A stretch of 56,381 bases of DNA, taken from the NCBI GenBank assembly GCA_029226085.1, contig JAQXXN010000006.1:1-56381 (forward strand), in the 5' to 3' direction. This stretch comes from Thermoflexaceae bacterium (lineage in GTDB: Bacteria; Bacillota; Clostridia; Lachnospirales; Lachnospiraceae). Each line of letters begins with the position of its first letter. The stretch's first letter is position 1. Below the pieces are notes generated by a model. That model saw only the letters and a list, made by a program, of their open reading frames with translations. It was not told the origin of the DNA and did no database searches. Position numbers and translations under genes: made by a program. This document shows, one piece after another, positions 27,519 to 37,670 of the stretch.

Positions 27519-28352
27519 TTACTGGCACATTTCTGCAATCAGATTCAGAATAAATCCATAATACGTGCTCTTAATATTATAACCGCTGCTTGACAAATCA
27601 TCCATCAGGCTTCCATCAGAATTAGAAAGAGAGGCACTGACATTTAAGTATGTTACTCCTTCCATGGTGGAAAGCAGCTCATTCAGCTTGCTAATCTCAG
27701 TATTGGTAACACCGGTATTTTCTTTTGCTTCAAATCCTGTTGTAACCGGGAATACTGAAATGACATATATTGTCGCATTCGGAAGCCCGGCTTTTATATC
27801 ATTTACAAGTTCCTGATAGGACTCAAATACCTTTTCTCCGGATTTTCCTGTATTTAAATCATTAAGACCAATCTCCAGGAAAACCTTATTGGCATTGGTT
27901 GCTGAAATGGTCGAAACGGAATTGGATGCTTTTCCGGTAGTCCAGCCTTCATTATATACCAGTCGGGAGCTCTTAAGATACCCGTAGATATCCATACCCG
28001 ATACAAAAACATCTCCTACAAAAACCGCATCATCAAAGAATGCTTCATTGCTGAAATCTTCCTTTGCAGGTGTCTTTACAATCTCTGTGGCCAGTGTTGT
28101 CGGTTCCTCTGTGGTAGGCTCTTCTGTCGTTGTCTCCGGTTCCTGTGTGGTTGTCTCCTGTTGCGACATGCTTTCTGTGGTTGTCTCCGGTGTTGTTGAC
28201 TCTTTCTGCTTATCACTCTTACCGCCAATGGCTTTGGTCAGACCAATGATAATGGCAATAATAATGACAAGTACAGCTATCATCAGATATACCAGCTTTT
28301 TATATTTATTCCATGTTCTTAATGACTTGCTTCTCTTAATATTTCTGTTCAT
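27519..28352 (-). CDS. Membrane-anchored SGNH/GDSL-fold protein with Thr/Glu-rich linker
   Basis: Start at ATG 28352 (MNRNIKRSK), 9 nt after GAGGTG. TM helix LVYLMIAVLVIIIAIIIGL, a TTPETTTE...EPTTEEPTT linker, then SGNH blocks FVGDVFVSG and EIGLNDL. Confidence 0.65.
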   Translation of the reverse strand: MNRNIKRSKSLRTWNKYKKLVYLMIAVLVIIIAIIIGLTKAIGGKSDKQKESTTPETTTESMSQQETTTQEPETTTEEPTTEEPTTLATEIVKTPAKEDFSNEAFFDDAVFVGDVFVSGMDIYGYLKSSRLVYNEGWTTGKASNSVSTISATNANKVFLEIGLNDLNTGKSGEKVFESYQELVNDIKAGLPNATIYVISVFPVTTGFEAKENTGVTNTEISKLNELLSTMEGVTYLNVSASLSNSDGSLMDDLSSSGYNIKSTYYGFILNLIAEMCQ

Positions 28353-28365
28353 TTTACTATACACC

Positions 28366-30483
28366 TCAATCCGTATTGACCTTACGAAGTACCACCGCAG
28401 ATGTTCCGCGCAGTCCAATGTCTAACATTCCGTTTGTGAGTTCATAATAAAGCAACATGGTACTGTAATCATTCTCCGTGGTAACCATAAGCTGCTCCAG
28501 TGTGCAGTTTTCACCGGAGCCAAGTTCCCAGACAGGTATCATGACTCTTCTTTCATCCTCACTGTTATTTACAATCACTATTATAATATTATCACCATAG
28601 AAACGTCCATAGCTAATTAAATTATAATCTGTGGCAAGTTCCTTTATGGAGCCTTTCATCAGTGCCGGATTTTCCTTATGGATCCGAATCATGTCCCGGT
28701 GAAAATCAATCAAATCTTTGTCTTCTCTTCCCCATGGATATGTCCGTCGGTTATCCGGATCGGTCCAGCCGCAGACTCCGGCCTCATCCCCGTAATAGAT
28801 GGTAGGCGCACCCGGCCATGTCATCTGTACAACCACGGCTTCACGGAACGTTCCCTTATTAATTCCTGTACTGGCAGCCTCAGAACCCTTTGTATCAAGC
28901 CTTCCCACCTGCCTGTTTGTTCTTGTGAGAAAGCGGGAGTGGTCATGATTGGAGAGCTCATTCATGCTGATTCCAACTGCCTGTGAGCCCATCCTCGACA
29001 TCTGATGCCTCATGGCATCAAAGAAAAATCGTGGGTTGCCTAATTTCTCACCGTTAAACTCATCACTATGCTTCTCAAGTCCTGTCAAAAACCATGTCAG
29101 CGGCTCCATGAATCCATCATAATTCATGACAGTGTCCCATTCATTGCCACATAGCCAGTCATGTGCATCGCCATAATGCTCTGCAAGGATAATGGCATTC
29201 GGATTGGCACGTTTCACAGCCTTCCGGAATCGTTTCCAGAAATCATGGTTATAGTCATGCCCATGTCCCAAATCTGCTGCCACATCCAGTCTCCATCCGT
29301 CACAGTTATACGGTGGTGAAACCCACTTTGCGGCAATTCTTAAAATATATTCTTCCAGTTTTGAAGAGCCCTCATAATTCAGCTTCGGAAGGGTATCATG
29401 TCCCCACCAGCCTTCGTACTGATTATTCTTTGGCCATTGGCCGCCGGAAAAACCAAAAAATCCATGATACGGACTATCCTTCTCCCAGTATGCCCCTGCC
29501 GGATATTCCTCATTACTTGCTTTATAAATGCCTTCCTTATCCAGCCATTTATTAAAGGAACCGCAATGATTAAATACACCATCCAGAATTACTTTCATTC
29601 CATGCTTATGAATCTCTTCCACCACATGTGCAAAAAATTCATTGCTGGCTTCCAGATTCTTCTTACCGGTAACCCTGTTAATATACCTTGTGGCATGTGC
29701 ATTATCCGTATCGCCCCCATGAAGAGTTTCTCCTGTATCATCAACTATCACGGCAAAATGCGGATCAATATAATCATAGTCCTGGGTATCATACTTGTGA
29801 TTCGATGGCGACACAAACAACGGATTAAAATAAATTACATCCACGCCCAGATTCTTCAGATAATCCAGCTTGTCAAGCACACCCTGTAAATCTCCTCCGT
29901 AAAAGGAACGTACATCCATCTTCTTCGGATAAGCATACCAGTCCTTTACTGCTTCCACACCTTCCCCGATATATGCATATTCATTGTCCAGAACATCATT
30001 CGAAGTATCCCCGTTACAGAAACGGTCGGTAAAAATCTGGTACATTACTGCGCCCTTCGCCCAGTCCGGTGTCTTAAATCCCGGAATAATTGTATAATTG
30101 TAATAGGGATTCAATTCCTTATAGACACCGATTTTATTATAGTAGACAACTGCTTTTCCTGATGTGATTTCAAAATAATAATCTATCTTTTCTGTTCCCA
30201 CATTAAAACAGGCTTCATAATAATCAAATATAATGTCCGAATAAGCCCTTTTCATCAGATAGGACTCTGTATTGGTAACAAGAACAACTTTATCCACATT
30301 ATACCGATACGTCCGAAATCGTATGGTTACTTCCTCATTATAATCCGGTTCTGCCGGAATTCTGTAATTTTCTGTCTCATCACTAAACAGGGCACGGCGG
30401 TTCAAAACCGGCTTCACATTCGACATATAAAAGAGTTTTTTCTGCTCATCAGAAAGTACACCCAAGTCTTTCGAGATTATCAT
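28366..30483 (-). CDS. GH13 alpha-amylase-family enzyme (neopullulanase/cyclomaltodextrinase-like, intracellular)
   Basis: GH13 regions I-IV: VILDGVFNHCG, DGWRLDVAADLG, IILAEHYG, LSNHDHSR. No signal peptide. Start at ATG 30483 after GAGGTG. Confidence 0.85.
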   Translation of the reverse strand: MIISKDLGVLSDEQKKLFYMSNVKPVLNRRALFSDETENYRIPAEPDYNEEVTIRFRTYRYNVDKVVLVTNTESYLMKRAYSDIIFDYYEACFNVGTEKIDYYFEITSGKAVVYYNKIGVYKELNPYYNYTIIPGFKTPDWAKGAVMYQIFTDRFCNGDTSNDVLDNEYAYIGEGVEAVKDWYAYPKKMDVRSFYGGDLQGVLDKLDYLKNLGVDVIYFNPLFVSPSNHKYDTQDYDYIDPHFAVIVDDTGETLHGGDTDNAHATRYINRVTGKKNLEASNEFFAHVVEEIHKHGMKVILDGVFNHCGSFNKWLDKEGIYKASNEEYPAGAYWEKDSPYHGFFGFSGGQWPKNNQYEGWWGHDTLPKLNYEGSSKLEEYILRIAAKWVSPPYNCDGWRLDVAADLGHGHDYNHDFWKRFRKAVKRANPNAIILAEHYGDAHDWLCGNEWDTVMNYDGFMEPLTWFLTGLEKHSDEFNGEKLGNPRFFFDAMRHQMSRMGSQAVGISMNELSNHDHSRFLTRTNRQVGRLDTKGSEAASTGINKGTFREAVVVQMTWPGAPTIYYGDEAGVCGWTDPDNRRTYPWGREDKDLIDFHRDMIRIHKENPALMKGSIKELATDYNLISYGRFYGDNIIIVIVNNSEDERRVMIPVWELGSGENCTLEQLMVTTENDYSTMLLYYELTNGMLDIGLRGTSAVVLRKVNTD

Positions 30484-30512
30484 ACAATTCACCTCATTAA
30501 CCTATTGCATTT

Positions 30513-30541
30513 ATTTTACCTTCTATTCCCATATAATTCAA
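30513..30541 (-). promoter_or_regulatory. Sigma-A-type promoter of the GH13 gene
   Basis: Minus strand: TTGAAT (30541-30536), a 17-nt spacer, then TAAAAT (30518-30513). Confidence 0.5.
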
Positions 30542-30560
30542 GAATATTTTTAAACAGTAA

Positions 30561-30594
30561 AAAGGACAGCTTTTCGGGGGTGCTGTCCTTTTTG
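30561..30594 (-). terminator. Rho-independent terminator downstream of ftsH (symmetric A/T flanks)
   Basis: AAAAGGACAGC-loop-GCTGTCCTTTTT. The stem is 7 bp of G/C-rich sequence with a T-run on either strand. Confidence 0.7.
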
Positions 30595-30795
30595 GAGAAG
30601 GTATTCATTTTATTATGGGGTGTAGCAAAAAATATATAATGTATTGGGGGTTTTTACAATTATGATTATATCAATCGTTTTCAAATAAGTGTTAATAAAT
30701 TTCACAAAATTTAAGCATTCTTTTTGTGCAATTTAACCATTGAAATTACAGATTCACATACAATCTTAAATACTTAAGTAAAACGCCTTTCTACA

Positions 30796-32628
30796 TTAAG
30801 ATAATAATCCTGTCTGCTTCTCAAATAAAGCTTCAAACTCTTCCCTGCCTATTTTTTCTTTTTCAACCAGTAATGCTGCACACTTATGAAGCACTTCCAG
30901 ATTATCCACAATCATCCTTCTGGCTTTTGTATAACAGTCATCAATAATTTTCTTTACTTCCTCATCAATGATACCTGCTATATTCTCGCCATACTGCCTT
31001 GTCTGTGCCAGATCTCTTCCAAGAAAAACTTCATCACTGTTGGTTTCATAATTCACAAGACCAAGCCGTTCCGAAAAACCGTACTTGGTAACCATTGCCC
31101 TTGCAGTTTCCGTTGACTGCTTAATATCCTGGGATGCTCCCGTTGTAATGTCATCGAAGATCAGTTCCTCGGCAATTCGTCCTCCCAGACCGACAATAAT
31201 ATTCTGAAGCATCTTTCCCTTGGAATTAAACATTTCATCTTTTTCCGGCAGAGGCATGGTATATCCTGCCGCACCATTTCCCGTTGGTATGATGGAAATC
31301 GTATGAATCGGTCCCACATCCGGAAGAAGATGGAACAGTATTGCATGGCCTGCTTCATGATATGCCGTAATTTTCTTTTCTTTGTCGGAAATAACACGGC
31401 TTCTCTTTTCTGCACCGATTCCAACCTTAATAAAGGATGCATTGATATCTTCCTGTGTAATAAACGGCTTTCCTTTTTTTGCCGCAAGAATCGCCGCCTC
31501 ATTCAGAAGATTTTCCAAATCCGCTCCTGTAAAGCCTGCCGTTGTCTGTGCCACATTCTGAAGATTTACATCCGATGACATCGGTTTATTCTTTGCGTGA
31601 ACTTCAAGGATTTCTTTACGTCCCTGTACATCCGGTCTCCCCACGCTTATTTTCCTGTCAAAACGTCCCGGTCTTAAAATTGCCGGATCCAGAATATCAA
31701 TACGGTTCGTTGCCGCAATGACAATAATTCCTTCATTTATTCCAAAACCGTCCATTTCCACCAGAAGCTGGTTTAATGTCTGTTCCCGTTCATCATGACC
31801 GCCGCCCATACCGGTTCCTCTTCGTCTGGCAACTGCATCGATTTCATCAATAAATACAATACACGTAGCATTTCTTTTGGCATCTTCAAAAAGATCCCTA
31901 ACCCTGGAAGCACCCACACCAACAAACATTTCCACAAAATCTGAACCGGATATGCTAAAAAATGGTACACCTGCTTCACCTGCAATGGCTTTTGCAAGAA
32001 GTGTCTTACCGGTTCCCGGAGGCCCCGTCAGAATAACGCCCTTTGGAATCCTTGCTCCAAGATCTGTATACTTCTTCGGTTCTTTCAGAAAATCCACAAT
32101 TTCTTCCAGATCCTCTTTTTCTTCTTTCAGACCTGCAACATTGGAGAAACGGATTCTTCTGGCAGATTCATCCATCATTCGGGCACGGCTTTTACCAAAA
32201 TTCATCATTTTGGCATTACCTCCGCCACCAGCCTGACGTGACATGAAATTAATAAGGATAACTACCATGACAACCGTAAAGCCAATAGGAAGAATCGTTG
32301 TAATCAGAATGCTTTCTCTTTCCACATCCTTTATGATATATGATACTTTATTTTCATTTAACAGGGCGGTCACTTCATTGACGTCCGTTACATATAACTT
32401 TTCTTCTATTCCGGTTCTTTTTTTAATATTAATAACACCGGTAGGAATTTCTGCATTCTGGCGAATCTCCACTTCACTGATATTTCCATTCTGGACATCC
32501 CCCACAAAGGCAAGATACGTGTAACCGTCAAAAGATGTACTTCCGGAACGGTTAACATACCATAAAAGCATAAGAACGAGAATCAGCATGTAGAAAATAC
32601 CGAATCCCTTCATGATATTCTTTTTCAT
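30796..32628 (-). CDS. ftsH: ATP-dependent zinc metalloprotease FtsH
   Basis: Two N-terminal TM segments, AAA+ Walker A GPPGTGKT, Walker [13 protein letters not shown] region and zinc motif HEAGHA. Confidence 0.96.
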   Translation of the reverse strand: MKKNIMKGFGIFYMLILVLMLLWYVNRSGSTSFDGYTYLAFVGDVQNGNISEVEIRQNAEIPTGVINIKKRTGIEEKLYVTDVNEVTALLNENKVSYIIKDVERESILITTILPIGFTVVMVVILINFMSRQAGGGGNAKMMNFGKSRARMMDESARRIRFSNVAGLKEEKEDLEEIVDFLKEPKKYTDLGARIPKGVILTGPPGTGKTLLAKAIAGEAGVPFFSISGSDFVEMFVGVGASRVRDLFEDAKRNATCIVFIDEIDAVARRRGTGMGGGHDEREQTLNQLLVEMDGFGINEGIIVIAATNRIDILDPAILRPGRFDRKISVGRPDVQGRKEILEVHAKNKPMSSDVNLQNVAQTTAGFTGADLENLLNEAAILAAKKGKPFITQEDINASFIKVGIGAEKRSRVISDKEKKITAYHEAGHAILFHLLPDVGPIHTISIIPTGNGAAGYTMPLPEKDEMFNSKGKMLQNIIVGLGGRIAEELIFDDITTGASQDIKQSTETARAMVTKYGFSERLGLVNYETNSDEVFLGRDLAQTRQYGENIAGIIDEEVKKIIDDCYTKARRMIVDNLEVLHKCAALLVEKEKIGREEFEALFEKQTGLLS

Positions 32629-32640
32629 CCGCTGCTCCTC

Positions 32641-33174
32641 CTATAATCTCACAATTCCAATATACGGAAGATTTCTATATTTCTGGTCATAATCCAGGCC
32701 ATATCCCACTACAAATTCATCCGGGATTGTAAAACCATTATAATCAATATCCACTTGTACAACCCGTCTGTCCGGCTTATCCAAAAGCGTACATAATTTA
32801 AGGCTTGCCGGTTTCCGCTCCTTAAGCAGCTCCAAAAGATTACTGAGCGTTCTTCCGGAATCTATGATATCCCCCACAACAAGCACATCTTTCCCCTCGA
32901 TTGACTCATCCAGATCCTTTTTCATGATAACATTCCCACTGGATTTTGTTGCACTTCCATAACTTGATACGCACATAAAATCCATGCTTACCGGCACGGT
33001 TATCCTCTTCGCAAGTTCTGTCATAAAGAATACTCCACCCTTTAATACACATATCATGTGTACGGATTTTCCTTCATAATCCTTACTAATCTGTCTGCCT
33101 AATTCAATAATTCTTGCTTCTACTTCTTCTTCCGTATACATCACATCGATGGGATGTTCTGTTTTATATTCCAT
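32641..33174 (-). CDS. hpt: Hypoxanthine-guanine phosphoribosyltransferase
   Basis: PRPP-binding motif VLVVGDIIDSGRTL. 177 aa, in the conserved position between tilS and ftsH. Confidence 0.92.
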   Translation of the reverse strand: MEYKTEHPIDVMYTEEEVEARIIELGRQISKDYEGKSVHMICVLKGGVFFMTELAKRITVPVSMDFMCVSSYGSATKSSGNVIMKKDLDESIEGKDVLVVGDIIDSGRTLSNLLELLKERKPASLKLCTLLDKPDRRVVQVDIDYNGFTIPDEFVVGYGLDYDQKYRNLPYIGIVRL

Positions 33175-34543
33175 TACGCTTCCTCCGTATCGTTGCTTTT
33201 AATATCCTTTTGGTGGTACCGTCTGCCTTGTATGCCGCACTAATCCGGTATCCCACAATCCACAGTACGTGACTGTCCTCTGCCAGAAGCCAGATTTTAT
33301 CTCTTAACCGTCTCGGTATCTTTTCATCTATAAAATAAGATTTTAACAGCTTTCTGTTTCCGGAACCATCCAGTATGATGTAATCACCCGGCATCCTTTT
33401 TCTGACTTTTACATTGCCTTTTATTTTATCATAATCAAAGACTTTCGTATAGTCATTTGTTATTATTTCCCAATTTCCTTCGTAATCCAGTACTTCGAAT
33501 TCAAAATCCCCTTCTTTTAGTGACACAAAAGGATTCTCTTCCTGTTCCTGTACATTCCGGTCTTTCTTCCTTAAAATAATACTATCATAATCCCTGACTG
33601 CCACAATGCCATATGGAAGATCCGTTTGCCTTGAAACGGGTTTTGTTAATAATTCTTCCACACTGCTTATATGCTTTCTTGTAATATTCTTTAAGGTACC
33701 TGAAAGCTCCCTTATTGAAAGCATGATGACTTCTCTTCGGATAACAGACGGCTCAGATAACAGCATATTTCCATCCAGGATAATTTGCCCTGTTTCCGTA
33801 TTCTCATTCCTGCGGCATTCATTCAATACATCCTCCGCCTTTTTCCTGATATACTCATAACTTTCCCGCATATCCTGTGAAAAATCATTAAGATTCGATA
33901 CCACATCCCGCTGCACTGCTTCCCTGACAAGCGGAATAATATCATTTCTAATTTTATTTCTGGTATATTCATTGGAAAAATTGGTACTGTCCGTACAAAA
34001 AGTCATGTTGCGCACGGAAAGATAATCCTCAATTTCCTTTCTTGAAACGCAAAGAAGCGGACGGATTACCTTATCCCTGACCGGTCGCATGCCTCCTGCA
34101 CCTTTCAGCGAACTTCCCCGAAAAATATTATAAAGCACCGTCTCCGCCTGATCATCCGCATGATGGGCAACCGCTATTTTATCCACACCTTCAATCGAAT
34201 AAAACGCTTCATACCTTGCCCTTCTTCCGGCTTCCTCCAGTGACTCCCCGCTTTCTTTGGATAGCTTTGGTATGTCCCTGTGAATGCATCGTAACGGAAC
34301 CTGAAGTTTTCTGCAAAGATTTTTCACATATTCTTCATCACGGTTTGCTTCCTCTCCACGTATCATATGGTTTACATGTACTGCCTCCAGTGAAAAAGAA
34401 AGCATTTTAGACAACCTGTTTAGAATATCAAGAAGACAGACTGAATCAGCACCGCCTGATACACCGGCAACAACCCGGTCACCAGGCAGAATCATCTGAT
34501 TTTCCCTGATAAATTCCTCCACCTTCTTAAGCATTCTTAACAC
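33164..34543 (-). CDS. tilS: tRNA(Ile)-lysidine synthetase
   Basis: PP-loop VAGVSGGADSV. 459 aa, overlaps the hpt start. Confidence 0.9.
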   Translation of the reverse strand: MLRMLKKVEEFIRENQMILPGDRVVAGVSGGADSVCLLDILNRLSKMLSFSLEAVHVNHMIRGEEANRDEEYVKNLCRKLQVPLRCIHRDIPKLSKESGESLEEAGRRARYEAFYSIEGVDKIAVAHHADDQAETVLYNIFRGSSLKGAGGMRPVRDKVIRPLLCVSRKEIEDYLSVRNMTFCTDSTNFSNEYTRNKIRNDIIPLVREAVQRDVVSNLNDFSQDMRESYEYIRKKAEDVLNECRRNENTETGQIILDGNMLLSEPSVIRREVIMLSIRELSGTLKNITRKHISSVEELLTKPVSRQTDLPYGIVAVRDYDSIILRKKDRNVQEQEENPFVSLKEGDFEFEVLDYEGNWEIITNDYTKVFDYDKIKGNVKVRKRMPGDYIILDGSGNRKLLKSYFIDEKIPRRLRDKIWLLAEDSHVLWIVGYRISAAYKADGTTKRILKATIRRKRNGI

Positions 34544-34585
34544 CTCACCGTTTTATCTAAACTATACGTTACTTTTCATTCAAAA

Positions 34586-35725
34586 TCAAGACCGTTCAAA
34601 CAGGCCTGTTACAATCACTGTCATGTCATCCTTTGGAAGATTGTCCTCCCAGTCCGGTGAAAGTGCCATTACCGTATCCAGGATTTCCTCTGCCATTCTC
34701 TCAGGATTTTTGGAACTAACTCCTGATAGAATCCCCAAAAACGCCTCTTCTTTATCCAGCTCGGGAATTGCTTCCAATACACCGTCACTCACCATGATAA
34801 TATAATCATCTGCATACAGTTTTTTAACTGTATAATCAAAATCTACCTTATTCAAAACTCCCATAGGAAGCGTTTCCGACTGAATAATTTCGATCCATCC
34901 GTCTCTCTTTATATAAGTCGCAACAGCTCCCAGTTTAATGAAATTAGCAATTCCGAGAAACGTATCCAGCACGCACATATCCATTGTAACCGGAGTCCCT
35001 GCCACATCATTAACTGCCATTGCCGTATTAATCATCTCTATGGCCGCTGCCTCACAAAATCCTGCCCTGACGGCCTCTTCCATCAGTTCAATCACAAGAT
35101 TGCTTTCTGCATTTGCCTCATATCCGGAACCCATTCCATCCGCAAGCCCAATCACAATTTTTCCACGTGAAATTTCATTGATGGAAAACGTATCTCCGGA
35201 TATGGTATTCCCTGCCTTGTTCCTCTTTGCAATACCGTGCATTGCATTAAATCTTCCACATTCCAGAAAAACATACTCATTAAAATTCCCATTTAACATA
35301 ATCCGGTTATTATCCGTGGAATCAAACAGGGAATGAAGTGCTTCCGACAGAATTCCTGCGATTTCCCTTGTTGTGGGGCATTTTTTCTTAACAGCTCTTA
35401 AGTACATTCGTATTTCCCGGCGTCCGTCACCCCGTTCAATCACTTTAATATCCTTTACCGAAACGCCTCTCTTTTCAAATGCACTTTCCATTTCCTTTTG
35501 GTCTTCCTCCAAAAGTTCTGTCTCCCTGCTGTATGCGCCGGTATATTCCAGTATAAGTCGTGCAACTTCCTTAAGCTGAATAATTACAGAATCTGCTGCC
35601 GGATTATATTCCTGCCGCCTTGCCGCAAGCATTTCATAAGTATCGGCAATTCTTTTTAGTACCTGGGCCGCATTTTCAAGATGCTCGCCGGTATATGCAA
35701 GATTATATTTTTCCACAAAAGCCAC
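34586..35725 (-). CDS. spoIIE: SpoIIE-family PP2C phosphatase lacking the N-terminal polytopic membrane domain
   Basis: 379 aa with the PP2C core ISGDTFSINEISRGKIVIGLADGMGSGYEANAESN...DDMTVIV. The gene sits in the canonical spoIIE position (tRNA-Met upstream, tilS downstream). No TM helices are visible. Confidence 0.7.
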   Translation of the reverse strand: MAFVEKYNLAYTGEHLENAAQVLKRIADTYEMLAARRQEYNPAADSVIIQLKEVARLILEYTGAYSRETELLEEDQKEMESAFEKRGVSVKDIKVIERGDGRREIRMYLRAVKKKCPTTREIAGILSEALHSLFDSTDNNRIMLNGNFNEYVFLECGRFNAMHGIAKRNKAGNTISGDTFSINEISRGKIVIGLADGMGSGYEANAESNLVIELMEEAVRAGFCEAAAIEMINTAMAVNDVAGTPVTMDMCVLDTFLGIANFIKLGAVATYIKRDGWIEIIQSETLPMGVLNKVDFDYTVKKLYADDYIIMVSDGVLEAIPELDKEEAFLGILSGVSSKNPERMAEEILDTVMALSPDWEDNLPKDDMTVIVTGLFERS

Positions 35726-35870
35726 ACCCCTTCCAACTGTTTTCCACTAACTTCACAATTATATCCCGTTCCATGAGTGAAATTTGTCAAATTCAGGCTG
35801 TGGATAAAAGAATTTTTCGACAAAAACATTTCTGATATAAAAAAGACCTTGAAAACTCAAGGTCTTACAG

Positions 35871-35944
35871 TAGCGAGAAAGGGATTCGAACCCCCGACAC
35901 CTTGGGTATGAACCAAGTGCTCTAGCCAACTGAGCTATCTCGCC
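35871..35944 (-). tRNA. tRNA-Met (anticodon CAU; elongator-like loop TTCATAC; tRNA-Ile2 not formally excluded)
   Basis: The reverse complement is GGCGAGATAGCTCAGTTGGCTAGAGCACTTGGTTCATACCCAAGGTGTCGGGGGTTCGAATCCCTTTCTCGCTA. The 1:72 pair is G:U, and the anticodon stem lacks the initiator GGG/CCC. Confidence 0.85.
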
Positions 35945-35984
35945 ATTATATACCAATGCGCACCGGCGCGCACTCGCAAATGCA

Positions 35985-36013
35985 ATTATATCTCGCAGGC
36001 AATATTTTGTCAA
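35985..36013 (-). promoter_or_regulatory. Consensus sigma-A promoter for tRNA-Met
   Basis: Minus strand: TTGACA (36013-36008), a 17-nt spacer, then TATAAT (35990-35985). Both hexamers are perfect. Confidence 0.65.
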
Positions 36014-36021
36014 TTATAAAA

Positions 36022-36330
36022 TCACTTTTTGTTTGATTTTTTAATTACCACCTCATCCGGATAGACAAGTCCGAATTTTTCCTTGGCAATTTCTTCAATA
36101 TATTGTTTTGTCTGAATGTATTTCTTTCTCTCTTCCAGTTCCTGTGTCCTCGCCTCCTCCTCAGCAATCAGCTGAGTCAGTTCCTCCTCCCTTGCATCAT
36201 AACTGTCAATCTTTTCCTGCAGGGAAAGTCCGCGAATCCATGTTACAACCGCAATCGTAATTACGACCGCAAATATGGCAATATAACCGGCCATGTTAAA
36301 GACTCTTTTTTTCTTACGCCTTTTTGCCAT
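36022..36330 (-). CDS. divIC: Septum formation initiator, FtsB/DivIC family
   Basis: Start at ATG 36330 (MAKRRKKKR) after GGAAGGTG. One TM helix and a coiled coil (EELTQLIAEEEARTQELEERKKYI). Confidence 0.75.
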   Translation of the reverse strand: MAKRRKKKRVFNMAGYIAIFAVVITIAVVTWIRGLSLQEKIDSYDAREEELTQLIAEEEARTQELEERKKYIQTKQYIEEIAKEKFGLVYPDEVVIKKSNKK

Positions 36331-36349
36331 AAAAACACCTTCCTTAAAA

Positions 36350-36730
36350 TCATTCACTATTACGGCTTATTTTAAATGATTTTTTTATCTTTTTCAATGC
36401 CTTTTTCAGCAGTTTTACTGGAAAAAACAGTAATAATGATATGTACTTTACCAGAAAGGGGCTGACGGTCAGATGATACATGTAAGCCCCCAGTATCTCT
36501 CCAAAAACTGCAAACCACCTGATGTTCCCGGCATCCTCAACAAAACAGACCACAAATGTAACCAGGCTGACTGCCATCCAGAATAATATATCCTCCACCG
36601 ATATCCAGAATACCCCATGTGGTATGATTCTTCTGAAAATCCGGATGGCATCATAACAAACCGCAAGAAAAATTCCCGTGGTTATGACCACTGCCATATA
36701 CTGAAGTTCCCACGTAACCAGTTCTCCCAT
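36350..36730 (-). CDS. yabQ: Spore cortex biosynthesis protein YabQ-like membrane protein
   Basis: 126 aa with 4 TM segments, located directly after yabP (TAATG overlap). The position is conserved with Bacillus. Confidence 0.65.
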   Translation of the reverse strand: MGELVTWELQYMAVVITTGIFLAVCYDAIRIFRRIIPHGVFWISVEDILFWMAVSLVTFVVCFVEDAGNIRWFAVFGEILGAYMYHLTVSPFLVKYISLLLFFPVKLLKKALKKIKKSFKISRNSE

Positions 36731-37044
36731 TATTTAAACATCCTCGTGATAAAGCCTTCTGTCTTCTTTGCATAGCTTGAAATTTCCGTGTAAGTCATGC
36801 TTTCAATCTGCCCGGTCAGGTCAACCTCTCCCTTTTCCACGGACAATCTTGTCACCTTCAGGTCTTGTCCCTTAATGGTAAGCATCCCCATGGTTGTTTC
36901 CAGCAGGATTTCTTTTAAGTCAAAGGAAATCACATCCGCTACTCCTGTTATGCTTCCCTTTTTCCGGTTATCCAGTAATATCTTATGGCTTCCGATTCCT
37001 GTTTTCACGCTTGCGGTTCTCTGTCCCTGATTCTTTTCTTCCAA
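36730..37044 (-). CDS. yabP: Sporulation protein YabP
   Basis: 104 aa. The LLDNRKKGSITGVADVISFDLKEILLETTMGMLTIKGQDLKVTRL pattern is typical of YabP/YqfC. Confidence 0.8.
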   Translation of the reverse strand: MEEKNQGQRTASVKTGIGSHKILLDNRKKGSITGVADVISFDLKEILLETTMGMLTIKGQDLKVTRLSVEKGEVDLTGQIESMTYTEISSYAKKTEGFITRMFK

Positions 37045-37123
37045 AATAAAAACCTCCCTGCAATTCCAATCATCCGGTACACTATCCGGATATTAAAATA
37101 TATTAGGAGGTTTCAAAAATATT

Positions 37124-37363
37124 CTATAAATATACAAACATATCCTTGGCTTCGTCTTTTTTAGTAGTTTCTTTTACATCCGTAACACGGACCTGAACTG
37201 CCTTTGTGCCAAATTGTATCTCTATTGTATCATCTGTCTTAATTTCCTGTGATGCCTTGGCAACTTTCCCATTTACCAGAACCCTTCCCGCATCACATGC
37301 CTCATTGGCAATTGTTCTTCTCTTAATAAGACGTGATACCTTTAAATATTTATCCAGTCTCAT
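37124..37363 (-). CDS. yabO: S4-domain RNA-binding protein (YabO/Hsp15-like)
   Basis: 79 aa. MRLDKYLKVSRLIKRRTIANEACDAGRVLVNGK is an S4 motif. Confidence 0.8.
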   Translation of the reverse strand: MRLDKYLKVSRLIKRRTIANEACDAGRVLVNGKVAKASQEIKTDDTIEIQFGTKAVQVRVTDVKETTKKDEAKDMFVYL

Positions 37364-37366
37364 TTT

Positions 37367-37642
37367 TTATTCATTCACCTGATCCTTTAATGCCTTACCG
37401 GCCTTAAACTTTGGTACGGTACAAGCCGAAATTGTCATTTTTTCACCTGTCAGTGGATTTTTCCCTTCTCTTGCTGCTCTTTTGGATGTCTCAAATGTTC
37501 CAAAGCCTACAATCTGCACTTTTTCGCCATTCTGAAGCTGTTCTGCCACAACATCCACAAATGCTCTTAATGCAGCTTCGCTGTCTTTTTTCGTTAATTC
37601 TGTCTTCTCCGAAATTGCTGTCACTAACTCTGTCTTATTCAC
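37367..37642 (-). CDS. hup: HU-family DNA-binding protein
   Basis: 91 aa. MNKTELV...VQIVGFGTFETSKRAAREGKNPLTGEKMTI is the HU signature. Confidence 0.93.
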   Translation of the reverse strand: MNKTELVTAISEKTELTKKDSEAALRAFVDVVAEQLQNGEKVQIVGFGTFETSKRAAREGKNPLTGEKMTISACTVPKFKAGKALKDQVNE

Positions 37643-37670
37643 GTCTGCTTCCTCCCATAAACTATTACTG

